From: Anaerolineae bacterium
GTDB lineage: Bacteria; Chloroflexota; Anaerolineae; B4-G1; SLSP01
Reading direction: 5' to 3'
Length of the DNA: 64,000 nucleotides
Assembly (NCBI GenBank): GCA_035347995.1
Contig: DAOPQD010000007.1
Coordinates: 888-64,887 of the forward strand
Below, in pieces: positions 63,991-64,000 of the stretch. The translations under genes were made by a program, and so were the position numbers. Numbering within the stretch: position 1 is the stretch's first letter; the number at the start of each line of letters is the position of its first letter. The notes under the pieces were generated by a model. That model saw only the letters and a program-made list of their open reading frames with translations. It searched no databases and was not told where the DNA came from.

Positions 63991-64000
63991 AAGTCTTCCT

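Overview
GC-rich (about two-thirds G+C by eye) bacterial chromosomal segment, densely coding on both strands. I call about 60 protein genes, two tandem tRNA-Ala genes and one glmS ribozyme. I see no rRNA, CRISPR array, transposase or integrase. Gene content (glmS ribozyme, DegV-PlsY, PSP1/RicT, twin TatA plus TatC, PT/TA-rich lipoprotein linkers, several GT-C glycosyltransferases) fits a Chloroflexota-like organism, but this is only a guess without database searches. Recognisable modules, in order: (1) split lplA bracketed by two radical-SAM genes (LipS1/LipS2-type lipoate assembly); (2) a ROK-regulated sugar or sugar-acid cluster containing a tungsten-type aldehyde:ferredoxin oxidoreductase and the remnant of a deleted ABC importer; (3) tatA-tatA/B-tatC; (4) tungstate ABC transporter tupBCA; (5) a tightly coupled four-gene operon of unknown function (helical protein, small helical protein, HExxH/ExxxD metallopeptidase with a degenerate internal duplicate, 861-aa TPR protein), which is my best candidate for an undescribed system; (6) glmS with its ribozyme; (7) a membrane-protein/methyltransferase operon, tex, plsY-degV; (8) a GT2/GT-C glycosylation pair; (9) a CsoR-controlled copper locus (csoR, doxX-like, copZ, copA, His-rich EamA permease); (10) a PLP transsulfuration enzyme, two racemases and a GlmL-like protein interrupted by a low-GC higBA island. 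Many intergenic regions carry families of imperfect hairpins whose arms are heptamer repeats (GTGAGCC, GGGTGAT, CACGAAT, GGGAATG, CTGGNNG). One copy sits in frame inside copA, two others supply the last codons and stop codon of genes, and a 57-nt motif starts the predicted leaders of two genes. Many long antisense ORFs in the track are high-GC shadows and are not reported as genes. All functional calls rest on motif recognition from the translated ORFs; no searches were run.
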